This document shows, in pieces, positions 38,771-51,724 of a stretch of 64,000 nucleotides of DNA. Location: assembly GCF_006345805.1 (NCBI RefSeq), contig NC_043002.1:59024001-59088000 (forward strand). The letters run 5' to 3'. This DNA comes from Octopus sinensis. Its lineage: Eukaryota. The notes beneath the pieces are model-generated. The model was not told the origin of the DNA. It saw nothing but the letters and a program-made list of their open reading frames with translations, and made no database searches. Numbering within the stretch: position 1 is the stretch's first letter; each line of letters starts with the position of its first letter. The translations under genes and the position numbers were made by a program.

Positions 38771-39719
38771 AAGAAGAACCCTTACTGGTTAATAAAACAA
38801 AACATTAATGTCCTCCTTCACCTCCTCTTTCTCCTCATTATCATCATCATCATCATCATCAACATCATCATTATTATTAGTGTTATTATCTTCACTAAAA
38901 TAACCAACTCCTTGTGAATAATTATCTAAAAAAAAAAATCTTCATGAAATTGAATACAAAAAAATTGCCATCAAAGCTATGTTTCTAGTTCAGTGATTGG
39001 TATAATTCTTCTTGCTCTTCTTAATGTCATGCTCTGATTTTTTCAGTTGTTTTTTTTTTGCTGACTCTGGGTCTATTTTCGTTATTTTAGTATATTTATT
39101 GTCTTTTTGGGTTACCAGTTTTAGTCACTGGATTGTGTGTATGTTGGAGCACTGATTTGAGGCATTTTAGGCAATCATGTGATGAGCATGGCTAAGCATA
39201 GTCATGGCTGTGTGGATGCAGTGTTTGCTTCCCAGCCATCTGGTTCCATGTTCAGTCCCATTGTGCAGTACCTCAGGCAAATATATTCTACCAAAGCCTT
39301 GGGTCTACCAAAACCTCGTGAGTGGATTTGGCTGACAGAAACTGAAAGAAGTCACTTGTGTAAATATGTGTGTGTGTGTTGTGTGTGTGTGTAGAGAGAG
39401 ATATGTGTAGCTTAGTGGTTAGGGTGTTTTGACCCACAATCATGAGGCCAAGAATTTGATTCCCTGCAGCATGTGTGTCCTTGAGCAAGACACTTTATTT
39501 CATATTTCTCCAATCCACTCAGCTGGCAAAAATGAGTTGTATCTGTATTTCAAAGGGCCAGCCTTGTCACATTCTGTGTCATGCTGAGTCTCTTTGTGAA
39601 CTACATTAAGGGTATGTATGTCTGTGGGATGCTCAGCCACTGGCTTGTTAATTACATGAGCAGGCTGTTCTGTTGATCAAATCACCTGGAACCCTCGTTG
39701 TTGTAACCGACAGAGTGTT

Positions 39720-40008
39720 GAGCTGGCAGAAACGTTAGCATGCCAGGTGAAATGCTTAGTGGTATTTCGTCTACCACTACGTTCTAAGTTCAAATTCCGT
39801 CAAGGTCGACTTTACTTTTCATCCTTTAGGAGTCGATAAATTAAGTAGCAGTTGCATACTGGGGTCAATCTAATCGACTGGCCCTCTCCCACAAAATTTC
39901 AGGCCTTGAATGTATTGTAGAAAGTATTATCATTATTGTTATTATCATCATGATCATCATTATTATTATTACTATTATCATCATCATCAACATGATCATT
40001 ATTATTAC

Positions 40009-40056
<48 letters not shown>

Positions 40057-40470
40057 CATCATCATCATCAAGTAAGGCAGTGAGCTGGCTGAATCATTAG
40101 CACACTGGACGAAATGCTTAGCAGTATTTCGTTTGTCGTTACGTTCCAAGTTCAAATTCTGCCGAGGTCGACTTTGCCTTTCATCCTTTCGGGGTCGATA
40201 AATTAAGTACCAGTTACACACTGGGGTCGATGTAATCGACTTAATCCCTTTGTCTGTTCTTGTTTGTCCCCTCTGTGTTTAGCCCCTTGTGGGCAATAAA
40301 GAAATAGGTATTTCATCTGCCTTGACATTCTGACTTCAAATTCTGCCAAGGTCGACTTTGCTTTCATCCTTTTGGGGTTGATAAAATAAGTACCAGTGAA
40401 ACACTGGGGGTGAGGAGTCGATGTAATCAACTGGCTCACCACCAAATTTGAGGTCTTGTGCCTCCAGTAG
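39720..40470 (+). mobile_element. Cluster of three SINE family B copies around an (ATT/ATC)n tract
   Basis: B heads or bodies at about 39720, 40072 and 40310. Confidence 0.85.
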
Positions 40471-41209
40471 GGACAGATATAAAGGGAAGCAATGTTTCAT
40501 GCACAGACACACCCACACACACATGCACACTCACATATGTACACACACATGTATACACACATGCATGCAGACACATATGTGCATGCATACAGGCACACAC
40601 TAACGCACACACACACACACACGTCATTATCATTAAGATCATGATCATGGGTTAGATGGAATTTGTCAAGGCAGATATTCTGTGACCAGATTGTCATTAC
40701 ATCTCAGAAGACTGGAGCAATGTTAAAAGAAGTATCTCGCTTAAAAACACAACGGACCTCCTAACCCAAGAATTGAAACCACAATTTTGCAATCTTGAAT
40801 GCAGCACCCTAACCATTGGGTCACGCACCTTCACATATACAAATGCACAGTCAATAAACCAATTGAACAATGTTCATTGAACACAATGGTTAGGAATCTT
40901 CTATGCACATCTTGGTGGATAATGTAATGAAGATAGCACAAGGAAATTGATCCCTGCAATTAACTGATTTCCAATTTTGGCACAAGGCCAGCAATTTCGA
41001 GGAAGGAGGAAGTTAATTAAATCCATCTCAGCGCTCAGCTGGTGCTTATTTTATCGACCCCCAAAAGGATAAAAGGCAAAGTTGACCTTGATGGAATTTT
41101 AACTTAGAACGTAAAGACAGATGAAATAATCACTGCAGATAATTAATGTGTATTATTGGCCACTAATTAAAGATTAATGCCTTTCGTTGATTATGACATA
41201 AACATATTT

Positions 41210-41690
41210 TATTTTTTACTTCCTACTTGATTCAGTCATTAGACTGTGGCCATGCTGGGGCACTACCTTAAGGAAGTTAGTCAAAGAAATTGATGCCAGT
41301 AGCTATTTTTTTTTAAAGCATGGTGCTTATTCTATTGGTCATTTTTGCTAAACTGCTAATATACAGGGATGTAAACATACCAACACCAGCTGTCAAGCAG
41401 TGATGGGGAACAAACACAGACACACATGTACACTTACACACACATGTACACACACACATGTACTTACACACATGTACACACACACACACATGTGCATACA
41501 CACACATGTGTGCGTGTTTATGTACTTTGGGCTTCTTTCAGTTTCTGTCTACCAAATCCATTCACAAGGTATTGGCTAGCCTGAGGCTATATAGTAGAAA
41601 ACACTAGCCCAAGGTGCCACACAAAGGGACTGAACTTGGAACCACGCAGTTGGAAAGCAAACTTCTTGCCTTACAGCCATGCCTGCACCT
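41210..41690 (-). mobile_element. SINE family A, diverged
   Basis: Reverse copy with a central (CA) tract. Confidence 0.82.
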
Positions 41691-41792
41691 GTTACTTAAA
41701 AGTGGTGGTCATTTTGTGGTTGTCATTCAGTAGCACCTGAACACTCATACATCATATTTGATAGGAGATTCCATTGCATTATATGTATGTAT

Positions 41793-41824
<32 letters not shown>

Positions 41825-41863
41825 CTCATCATCATCATCATTTAACATCCGTTTTCCATGCTA

Positions 41864-41902
<39 letters not shown>

Positions 41903-42868
41903 CATGCGCGTGCACACACAGACACACATATATCTGAATGTTCTCTTCTGTTTTCAATTATCTGAAATATTCCCTTGAGGAAGGAGCTGGTTTCTAACAA
42001 AGATACAAAGTTCCATTGCTAGAATGTAGATAACAGAAACAAATTAGTTTTAAACTTGACAAGGCCGTGCATATTTTTACTGTTCCACTTACAGGTGGTA
42101 CTTGTAATGTGCAAATTAGCCTGCTGATTTTCTTTTTTTTTTCTCCGAAAACCACAGCTTATCTAGATTGTCGCTTACACTTTTATCCACAAAACCAAGT
42201 GCCCTAGTTACAATTGGTGTAAATGAGAATTTATTATCTGGATATAGAAGCTGGAGTATGTGTGTATGTATGTATGTATCATGTAGGTATGTTTTTTTGT
42301 ATGTATATAAGCATGTGTGTGTGTATGTGTGTGTGTGTATATATGAGTGTAAATATGGATGTATGGACGTAGATATACATACATGTTAAGTGCACTGTTG
42401 TAGATGTGGGCGTATATATATATATATATTTATTTATGTTTCCTATAGATTTTCTTGCCTATAAAAGGAATATGAGCCTTTGTGTTGCCATCTTGGTTAT
42501 TTAAGGAATGTCTAAAACATAAATATCTCATAAAGACAGAAATGGGATTGTTTTGAACTGTAGTACATTGGTAATAATAATGATACAATGATGTGTGTTA
42601 GTTGGTGTCATTTAACTCTAGATCAGCCACTGTCAAGTAGATCATTTATGAACAAAGGTATTCCATTCATGCCCATCACAACATTTTTCCCACCACACAT
42701 CTATCGATGTGTGAGTGTGTGTGTAAAATTAAATAAGTTGTTTTGCAACCATATGGTTCTCGGTTCAATCCCCTGTGCAGCAACTTGGCAAATGTCTGAA
42801 GTGAAAAAGTCTTGGTTAGCCAGTATCATTTGGGTTGAGTGAAAGTATGTTGTGTATGTGTTTAAATA

Positions 42869-42904
<36 letters not shown>

Positions 42905-42915
42905 TTTATTATTTA

Positions 42916-42964
<49 letters not shown>

Positions 42965-43081
42965 AACCCATGCTAGCATGGAAAGCAGATGCTAAACAAT
43001 GATGATGATGATGACCTCGTGTGTACCGTTGGGGATTTGTTTTCCTCTATCTTACCTTCTCTGGATCTTTCCTTCTCCTAT

Positions 43082-43116
43082 GTTTCTGACGAAGAGCTCC
43101 GCTCGAAATGTTAAAC
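43082..43116 (+). ncRNA. Minimal type I hammerhead ribozyme motif (Penelope type)
   Basis: gttt-CTGACGA-a-gagc(tcc)gctc-GAAAT-GTT-aaac: stem I gttt/aaac, stem II gagc/gctc, GUU site; C15.2 changed to U. Confidence 0.72.
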
Positions 43117-43213
43117 CCTCCTTCTTTCCTTCTTTCCTGAGCGTCCAATAATACTATATTTGTTCCACGTCCTCGCGTTGTTGTGTTTCTTGTGCTTTCT
43201 CGTTTGGATTAAC

Positions 43214-43244
<31 letters not shown>

Positions 43245-43280
43245 CTGTATGTAAGTATGTTATGTATATATATGTGAAAA

Positions 43281-43921
43281 AGTGCCACATCCTAGTGTTT
43301 GAGGGAACCTGCGGAAGAGGCAGACCCAGGAAAACCTGGGACGAGGTGGTGAAGCTTGACCTTCGAACTTTAGGTCTCACTGAGGAAACGACTAGAGACC
43401 AAGACCTCTGGAAGTGTGCTGTGTGCGCGAGAAGACCCGGCAGGACAAGTGAGTCCATAACCCGTGGCCTTCTACATGGGATGGAGCCAGCCTACGTATG
43501 CATACCTTCCCTTCTTGGGACACAAAACTCTACTTGTGAAGACCTGTTGAGGCAAGTGAGGATCAGAATCGAAATCGATCAATGGAAATTGCAGATGTGT
43601 TACCAGTGCCGGTGGCATGTAAGAGAACCTTCCGTTTCGCGACCGTTGCCAGCGCCGCCCCGACTGGCCTCGTGCCGGTGGCACGTAAAAAGCACCATCC
43701 GTTCATGGCCGTTGCCAGCCTCGCCTGGCACCTGTGCAGGTGGCACGTAAAAAGCACCCACTACACTCACGGAGTGGTTGACATTAGGAAGGGCATCCAG
43801 CCGTAGAAACACTGCCAGATTTGACTGGGCCTGATGAAGCCTTCTGGCTTCACAGACCCCAGTAGAACCGTCCAACCCATGCTAGCATGGAAAACGGACG
43901 CTAAACGATGATGATGATGAT
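43281..43921 (+). mobile_element. RTE LINE 3' fragment (ORF end + 3' UTR with about 3 VNTR units)
   Basis: EGTCGRGRPRKTWDEVVKLDLRTLGL...DLWKCAV, conserved tail, (GAT)n. Confidence 0.92.
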
Positions 43922-44216
43922 GTATGTGTGTAAGTATGTATGTATATATACATATATATATATGTATGTAAGTATGTGTATATATATATATATATATATG
44001 CATACATATATATATATATGTATGTGTATATATATATTATATATGTGTATATATATATATGTATAATATGTATATATATGTCTATATATATATATGTATA
44101 TGTATGTATGTATGTATATTATATATATATATATATATATAATATATATGTCTATATATGTCTATATATATATGTATATATATGTCTATATATATATATA
44201 TATGTATATATATGTC

Positions 44217-44247
<31 letters not shown>

Positions 44248-44484
44248 GTCTATATATATATATATATATGTATATATATGTCTATATATATATATATATA
44301 TGTATATATGTCTATATATATATATATATATGTATATATATGCACTATATATATGTCTATATATTATTCTTGTATATATATGTATATATATGTCTATATT
44401 ATATATATGTATATATATGTATATATATGTCTATATATATATATATGTCTATATATATATATGTATATATTGTATATATATGTC

Positions 44485-44521
<37 letters not shown>

Positions 44522-44618
44522 GTCTATATATATATAGTATATATATGTCTATATAATATATTATAATATATGTCTATATATATATATGTATATATATGTC
44601 TATATATATATATATATA

Positions 44619-44659
<41 letters not shown>

Positions 44660-44814
44660 GTCTATATATATATATATGTATATATATGTCTATATATGTA
44701 TATATATGTCTATATATATGTATATATATGTCTATATATATGTATATATATGTCTATATATATGTATATATATGTCTATATATATATATATATATGTCTA
44801 TATATATATATATA

Positions 44815-44852
<38 letters not shown>
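43922..44852. repeat. ((TA)nTG/(TA)nTGTC) compound microsatellite
   Basis: Directly visible. Confidence 0.95.
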
Positions 44853-44855
<3 letters not shown>

Positions 44856-47651
44856 ACTTTGATACTTTGATAGGTTTCGGCCATTATTGGCCCAGGCCAT
44901 GTCTAACTTAATAGCACCACCTGGTGAAGTCTTTCAAGTCAGAATTGGGGGCACTATGGCCCACTCAAGTAGAGAGTTATTGTTTACAGAGACATATCCG
45001 GGTGCAGGGGGTTTATCCGGATTTCTTGAAGGAATCTGTCCAAAGACTTCTTGAACCCTATAGGGTCAGTTTCTGTTTTAATGTGTTTTGGTGTAATGTT
45101 AAAGAGAGCGGGCCAATTGAGGTGAAATAATTGTGCCGTATTGTTGTTATGAGATGAGAGTGCGATTTTTGTTTTGGGCGGATGGCACGGGGCCCAAGCC
45201 TTGGATGTACCTTAAAGGTGATGCCAACATCATTTGGGCAATGCTGATGGAATATTTTCCACATCATGCAGATGATGTAGCGCTCACGACGACGTTGGAG
45301 AGAATAGAGTTTTAGCTTTTCTAGCCGACCCCAATAGTCGAGGCCTGTCATGCCATCTATCTTTTTTGTGATTGCCCTTTGAGGTGCTTCAACTTTTATG
45401 ATACCTTGTATTGTGTGGGGAGACCACAGTGGACAACAGTATTCAAGGTGGGGTCGGGCAAAAGTGGAGAAGAGAAGGATAATGGTGTGGATATCTCTCG
45501 ACTGGAAAGTTCTGAGAATCCAGGAACACATTCTGCGGGCCATGTCAACTTTGGTGTTTATATGATGGCCCAGCTTACGTTGTTGTCCACAATTACTCCC
45601 AAGTCCTCTGATGTTGTTGGACGCCGCGAGAGTTTCACCTGAAGGAAGGGAGTATGGGAGTTTCAGGGCATCCTCTTTTCCAAAGTGGATTAGCTCAAAT
45701 TTATCCTCGTTCAGCAGCATATTGTTTTTTTCTGCCCATTGGATAACAGCCAGTAGATCTGACTGAAGGCATGTCCGGTCACTCGCCTCATTTATGACCT
45801 TCTGTAGCTTGGAGTCATCTGCAAAGATTTTATGTTGCTGTGCTTGATGATGTCATTAATGTCATTAATGTAAATGATGAAAAGAAGTGGGCCAGCACAG
45901 TGCCTTGCGGAACGCCACTACTGACTTTGGCTGGGCTTGATTTTACCCCTTCAACTACAACAACATGTTGAGATCTGTCTGTCAGGAAACACTTAATCCA
46001 TTTCAGTAACTTTCCAGAGACACCAATGTTGGATAGTTTTTTCAATAGGATCTTGTGATCGACCCTGTCGAAGGCCTTACTGAAATCAAGGTAGATGACA
46101 TCGGTGTTGGAGCCCTCTCCCAAAGCTCTCAAAATGTCCTCAAGTGATGCAGGAGCTGCGTTAGGCAGTCCCTTCCATTACGGAACCCATGTTGGTTGGA
46201 GATCAGCCGTCTGTTGCTTTCCAGAAATTGGGTTATTCGAGATCTCACCACCTCCCTCAAATACCTTGATGATATGAGAGGTGAGTGAGATCGGACGGTA
46301 ATTCACTGCAAGGGACTTGTTTCCCTTTTTGAAAACTGGGACAACAGACTGGGACAGAAGGTTTTTTGGAATATAACCAGCATCCAGTGAGTTTCTCCAC
46401 AGATTAGCAAGGGGAGATGCAAGTTGGTGTCGACACACCTTCAGGACACAAGCAGGGAACCTATCGGGGCCTACTGCTGAATTGTGTTTTATTTCGTTTA
46501 TCGCCGCTAAGACATCAGGGGCACTAAACGTTATGTCCGATATAGTGTGTTGGGGGTTGACATCACTGATACAGCCCAGATCGGCCATATCAGGATTGCT
46601 GAAAACAGAGCAGTATTGTTTCTGCAGTATCTCGGCCATGGATTTGGCATTATCTTGGAGAGTGCCAGTTTCGTCAATTAGAGGGCCTACAGTGGAGACA
46701 GTGACCCTGCGTTTCCTGGCAAATGAAAAGAACACTTTGGGGTTGAGTTTGATTTTTTCAATGGCCCACTTCTCCTCAGCTGATCTTGGTTATTGATGAG
46801 GGTCTTCATGCATTGTTGGAGGTTATATTTTTGGATTCAAGCAGTGCGATAGCCGTCGAATGTGTGTGTTGCTGTTGGCAGTACTTTAGTTTGTTAATTT
46901 TTTTGTTTGTTCTTTTTATTTTTCTGATAATGGTTTTTCTGTTTGGGGGATTCTGCACTTTTGTTCACAGGTCTTGGTGGGGAGTGTTTTGCACATATGT
47001 CTGTGACGGTGTCTACAAAGATCTGCCAAGATGTTTTATGGTTGGTGGAGATGTGTGTATGTGTAAAGGACCAGTCAACATTTGATAGCTCGTTCCTGAT
47101 TGCATCCCAGTTGGCTTTATGGAGATCCATGTTGTCAAATGGGTGGGCTGGAGGAAGGTCACTAGGATTAGCTTTCGGCTGGTGGAATTCATGTTACAGA
47201 GAACCATGTCATGGTCCGAAAGAAGGTTTTTCCACTGTAACGTATGTATAGTGTTAGTGTGGTTACTAAACACTAGGTCCAAAATGTTCTGATGTCTTGT
47301 TGGTGCAAGGACAAGTTGGGACAAGAAAAAACTCATTCGTAAAGTCGAAAAGTGACTCTGCTGCTTCTTTGTCAGTGTTGAGGCGGGAGTGCTTGGTTTC
47401 AAACAGTTTGTAGTCCAGTCAACACAGGGTAGATTGAAGTCTCCCATCATGAGTATGTTGCTAGAATGGCACTGTTGAATAAAGCACTTAATGCTGTTGA
47501 GGCATTCTTTAAAGCACAGTATGGGTGTTTGGGGCGGCCTATAGAGCCCAATTACTGTCAGGTCATGGCTTTGTTGTGCACGGTGACTGATTCACAGTAG
47601 CCATTGGAGAATATACTATTTCCATCTGCCGTAAATGAATCATGCAGGAAA

Positions 47652-47655
<4 letters not shown>
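44853..47655 (-). mobile_element. 5'-truncated CR1-group LINE, APE + RT, several frameshifts
   Basis: APE: MGDFNLPCVDW, ILDLVFSN, SDHDMV. RT: GPDRFP, PVFKKGNKS...NYRPISLTS, YLDFSKAFDRVDH, GVPQGTVL, FADDSKL. C-terminus PHLEYCCPLWSP, SLQRRRER; tail (TCAAAGTA)2. Confidence 0.93.
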
Positions 47656-47659
<4 letters not shown>

Positions 47660-47683
<24 letters not shown>

Positions 47684-48056
47684 ATGTATATATATATTAT
47701 CTTATGTATATATATGATATATATATATATATGTATATAATTCTATATATATATATATTATTGTATATATACTATATATATATATATATATTATATATAT
47801 AATTTATGTATATATATATCTATATAATGTATATATTGTCTATATATATGTATATATATGTCTATATATATATCTATATATATATGTATATATAGATATA
47901 TATGTCTATATATATAGATATATATCGTCTCCTATATATGTTATATATGTCTATATATTATGTATATATGGTCTATATATATATGTATATATATGTTATA
48001 TATTATATATATTGTATATATTATGTATATATATATATATATAGATATATATTGTC

Positions 48057-48087
<31 letters not shown>

Positions 48088-48126
48088 GTTACTAATATAT
48101 ATATATATATAATGTATATATATGTC

Positions 48127-48203
<77 letters not shown>

Positions 48204-48430
48204 GTCTATATATATATATATATATATATATGATATATATGTCTATATATATATATATATCTATATATATATAAGTATATATATGTCTATATATTATATA
48301 TATATGTTATATATATGTCTATATTATATATATATAATAATATATATATGTATATATATGTCTATATATATATATATATATATTATATATAATGTATATA
48401 TATGTCTATATATATATATATATATAGATA
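47660..48430. repeat. ((TA)nTG/(TA)nTGTC) compound microsatellite
   Basis: Same unit type and orientation as 43922-44852. Confidence 0.95.
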
Positions 48431-48700
48431 TACATACACATATATATATACTTATATATGTATGTATGTATCTGTCTGTCTGTCTGTCTCTCTCTATATA
48501 TAGTTGGAATTTACAAAAGACTAAGACAGGTGCATAAACAACAAACAGGTGTATTAGTTTAATACTCGTAAAGGTGAGAAAGTCTTTTCTGTTTTCAGCC
48601 TACGCTCTTCATCAGAAAGGAACATGAGAAAATAAATGGGGAGAGAATATAAATAGAAAGCTTTAGTAGCTAGTGGTCAATCATATATATATATATATAT

Positions 48701-48920
48701 AAAATGTTTTTCCGTAATGAGATAAAAAACCAAGGTTGTGTAGATTTTAGAACATTTATAAATAGGTCTTACAGCTGTTTCTAGGATATTATATCCCTTC
48801 ATTGGAGATAATGAAGAGATATAATAAATATCCTAGAAACAGCTGTAAGACCTTCTATTTATAAATATTCTAAAATTTTCACAGCCTTGGTTTTTTATCT
48901 CATTACAGAAAACAAATTTT
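48701..48920. repeat. Near-perfect 220-bp palindrome
   Basis: Arms of about 105 bp around a 6-nt loop at 48804-48809. Confidence 0.95.
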
Positions 48921-49329
48921 TATATGCACATGCTCATATATGACCAACGTTTGACCCCTTATTCGCATAATCACTGAACCTGGAACTCAACTATGGTCTA
49001 TCCACAGCACTTATTCAGCATTACCTGACACCTTTGGGTCCTGCTGACACCATTACCTCTCATACCCTCTCTCTATATATATAGAACCATAAAATTTTAT
49101 GAGACTTATTCTTACAACTAGATGATTGAGGGTTATAAAAGATTTTATCAGTAAAGCCATTATCCATTAGAGCCTTTTGGATTAAGTTCTTAAACACAAC
49201 AGGTGGGTGGCACGAGTGTTTATAAATATATTTTAGATTCTCATTCGATCTCTTCTCTATTCCCTTCTCTGTGTAGCATGTGTGTGTATACTGTCATGTT
49301 TTTGTTCCCAACTTTGGTCCTCCATAAAT

Positions 49330-49535
49330 CCTAAATTTTATTTTAGAATTTACGGGAGCAACTGTCTTTGAAGACTCATATTGTTGTCGAATGTTCGAAA
49401 TGAGGAGTAGACAGACAGCCAACAACTGATGAAGGGTTCTTTCTCTGTATTTACTTGTTGAGTTTTCCATTAACTATGTTGTTTATGTATTTCATATTGT
49501 TTGAACTGTTGGTGACGTCCTGTTCCCATATATGC
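49330..49535 (+). repeat. Dispersed repeat, possibly Penelope pLTR-derived (related pieces at about 2730-2900 and 105-145)
   Basis: Shared ctcgaaat..gga.tag...acaactgatgaaggg and gtgacgtcctgt.ccc. Confidence 0.5.
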
Positions 49536-49959
49536 ATATATATATATAATTATGGATAAATGCATAGTCTGTGAGTATGAAATCTCTCCTCATAACTTCA
49601 AACTTACTTCAATATGGATGGATTTACATTTTCATTTTCTGGGAAACTAAAAGGTTTTTTAAAATACTTTTTTAAGACCTGTTATATGACTGTACAACAT
49701 TAAAGAGCTTTGGAAGTCCGTTTGTTATCTAAATCTGATTTTTATAGAATAATCCCTGATGTTTCAGGAGTGTAACCTCACCCCCTTAGATGTTTGGAGA
49801 ACTCAGATGTTTTTTCGGCTGATGGGTACGGGTCACTTATATTTACTGCAATATTTGCAGCCTTAATAAAGCTGGTCTTCGTACGAAACAATTGTACCGA
49901 AATATTGATCCATTTTTGTTGCTTTTTTCTTGTTTATGTATATATATATATATATATAT

Positions 49960-50262
49960 CATCATCATCATCATCATCATCGTTTAACGTCCGCTTTCCA
50001 TGCTAGCATGGGTTGGACGGTTCAACTGGGGTCTGGCAGGCCCGAAGGCTGCACCAGACCAGTCAGATCTGGCAGTGTTTCTACAGCTGGATGCCCTTCC
50101 TAACGCCAACCACTCCGAGAGTGTAGTGGGTGATTTTATGTGCCACCAACACAGGTGCCAGACGAGGCTGGCAGACGGCCACGCTCGGATGGTGTTTTTT
50201 ATGTGCCACCGACACAGGTGCCAGACGAGGCTGGCAGACGGCCACGCTCGGATGGTGTTTTT
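49960..50262 (-). mobile_element. RTE 3' UTR fragment with 2 VNTR units
   Basis: Nearly identical to 30256-30560. Confidence 0.88.
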
Positions 50263-50647
50263 ATACATATATATATATATATATTTATATGTGTGCGTGT
50301 GTGTGTGTGTGTGTTTAGGACTGAAACATGCATAAAGACATGGATATGACTGTTGTTGTGTTGTCCTAACTCAGCCCTGATCGAGCATACCTATCTGCTG
50401 TAATCAAAAGTATTCCAGCCATGGCTATCACGTTTTATTTAGGGGTATTTGGTCGAGTGACAAGGCAGAGGTTTTCATCAAAGGAGTTTTTCATCAAAGA
50501 AGAAAGAAGATGATTATAAAAGTTAATTTGAAACTAATCCCTAATTATCCAGAGATTTAAATTTACACAGAGGCTATAATATTAACGGAATAGCAGAAGA
50601 TCAAACCTAATTAAACGTTCATTAATTATTATTACTATTATTATCAT

Positions 50648-50799
50648 TACATTCTGAGTTCAAATTCCGTCGAGGTCGCATTTGCCTTTCATCCTTTCGG
50701 GGTCGATAAATTAAGTACCAGTCTGGTACAGGGGTCGATGTATGTAATCGACTTAACTCCTCCCCACAAATTTCAGAACTTGTTCCTTTAGTAGAAAGG

Positions 50800-50861
<62 letters not shown>

Positions 50862-51375
50862 CATTAAGGCAGCGAGTTGGCAGAATCGTTAGCACGCCGG
50901 ACGAAATGCTTAGCGGCATTTCGTCCCTCTTCCTGTTCTGAGTTCAAAACCCGTCGAGGTTGACTTTGCCTTTCATCCTTTCGAGGTCAATGAAATAAGT
51001 ACCAGTTAGCTCCCGTCCCCAAAGTTTCAGGCCTTGTGCCTAGAGTAGAAAGGACTAGTACATTTTTTTGAGTTCAAACTTCTCTGAGATCGACTTTTTC
51101 TTTCATCCTATCGGGAGCCGACAAAATAACCTCTAGTTGAACATTGGGGTCGATGCCGTCGGCTTAATCCTACCCTTACTAAAAATTGCTGATCTTGTAC
51201 CAAAATTGGGAACCAACCGGCAGAATCGTTACTGCACCGGACAAAATGTATTCCAATTCCGCCGAGGTTGACTTCGCCTTCTTTCTTTCAGGATTGATAT
51301 AGTAAGTCCAAGACAAGTAGTGTGGTCGATGAAATCGACTAACGTCCTACCCCCCCCCCCCCAAATTCAAGCCTT
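50648..51375 (+). mobile_element. Cluster of four SINE family B copies or fragments
   Basis: B bodies at about 50648, 50865, 51065 and 51218. Confidence 0.8.
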
Positions 51376-51401
51376 ATTGTATTTACGATAGCCCTCTCTA
51401 G

Positions 51402-51724
51402 ATTATTTACATTATCTACATTATTTACATTCGACGGATATTTGTCCGCATCTTGTTTGTTGTTAACACAACGTTGCGGCTGATATACCCCCAGCCTTCT
51501 TCAGGTGTCTTGGGGAAATTTCGAACCTGGGTTCTAATTCTTATGGTATTTTTCGATGTTATTATTATTATTATTATTATTATTCAGGTCACTGCTTGGA
51601 ATCGAACTCGGAATCTTGGGGTTAGTAGCCCGCGCTCTTAACCACTACGCCACATGTCGAATGTAAATAATGTAAATAAAATAAATAATGTACATAATTC
51701 TACATCTCTTAAATATTGAACAGT
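51402..51724 (-). mobile_element. tRNA-headed SINE-like element with a hammerhead motif and an inverted 5' tail copy
   Basis: Minus strand: A box TGGCGTAGTGG, B box GAGTTCGATTCC, (AAT)n, hammerhead 51465-51509, tail (gtaaataat)n; direct flank cctctctag at 51393-51401 and 51725-51733. Confidence 0.78.

Noticed and set aside
51586-51655. tRNA gene candidate (also the heads of SINE A, B, D and E)
   Set aside because: A and B boxes are present, but there is no acceptor-stem pairing or T-run terminator; these continue into SINE bodies.
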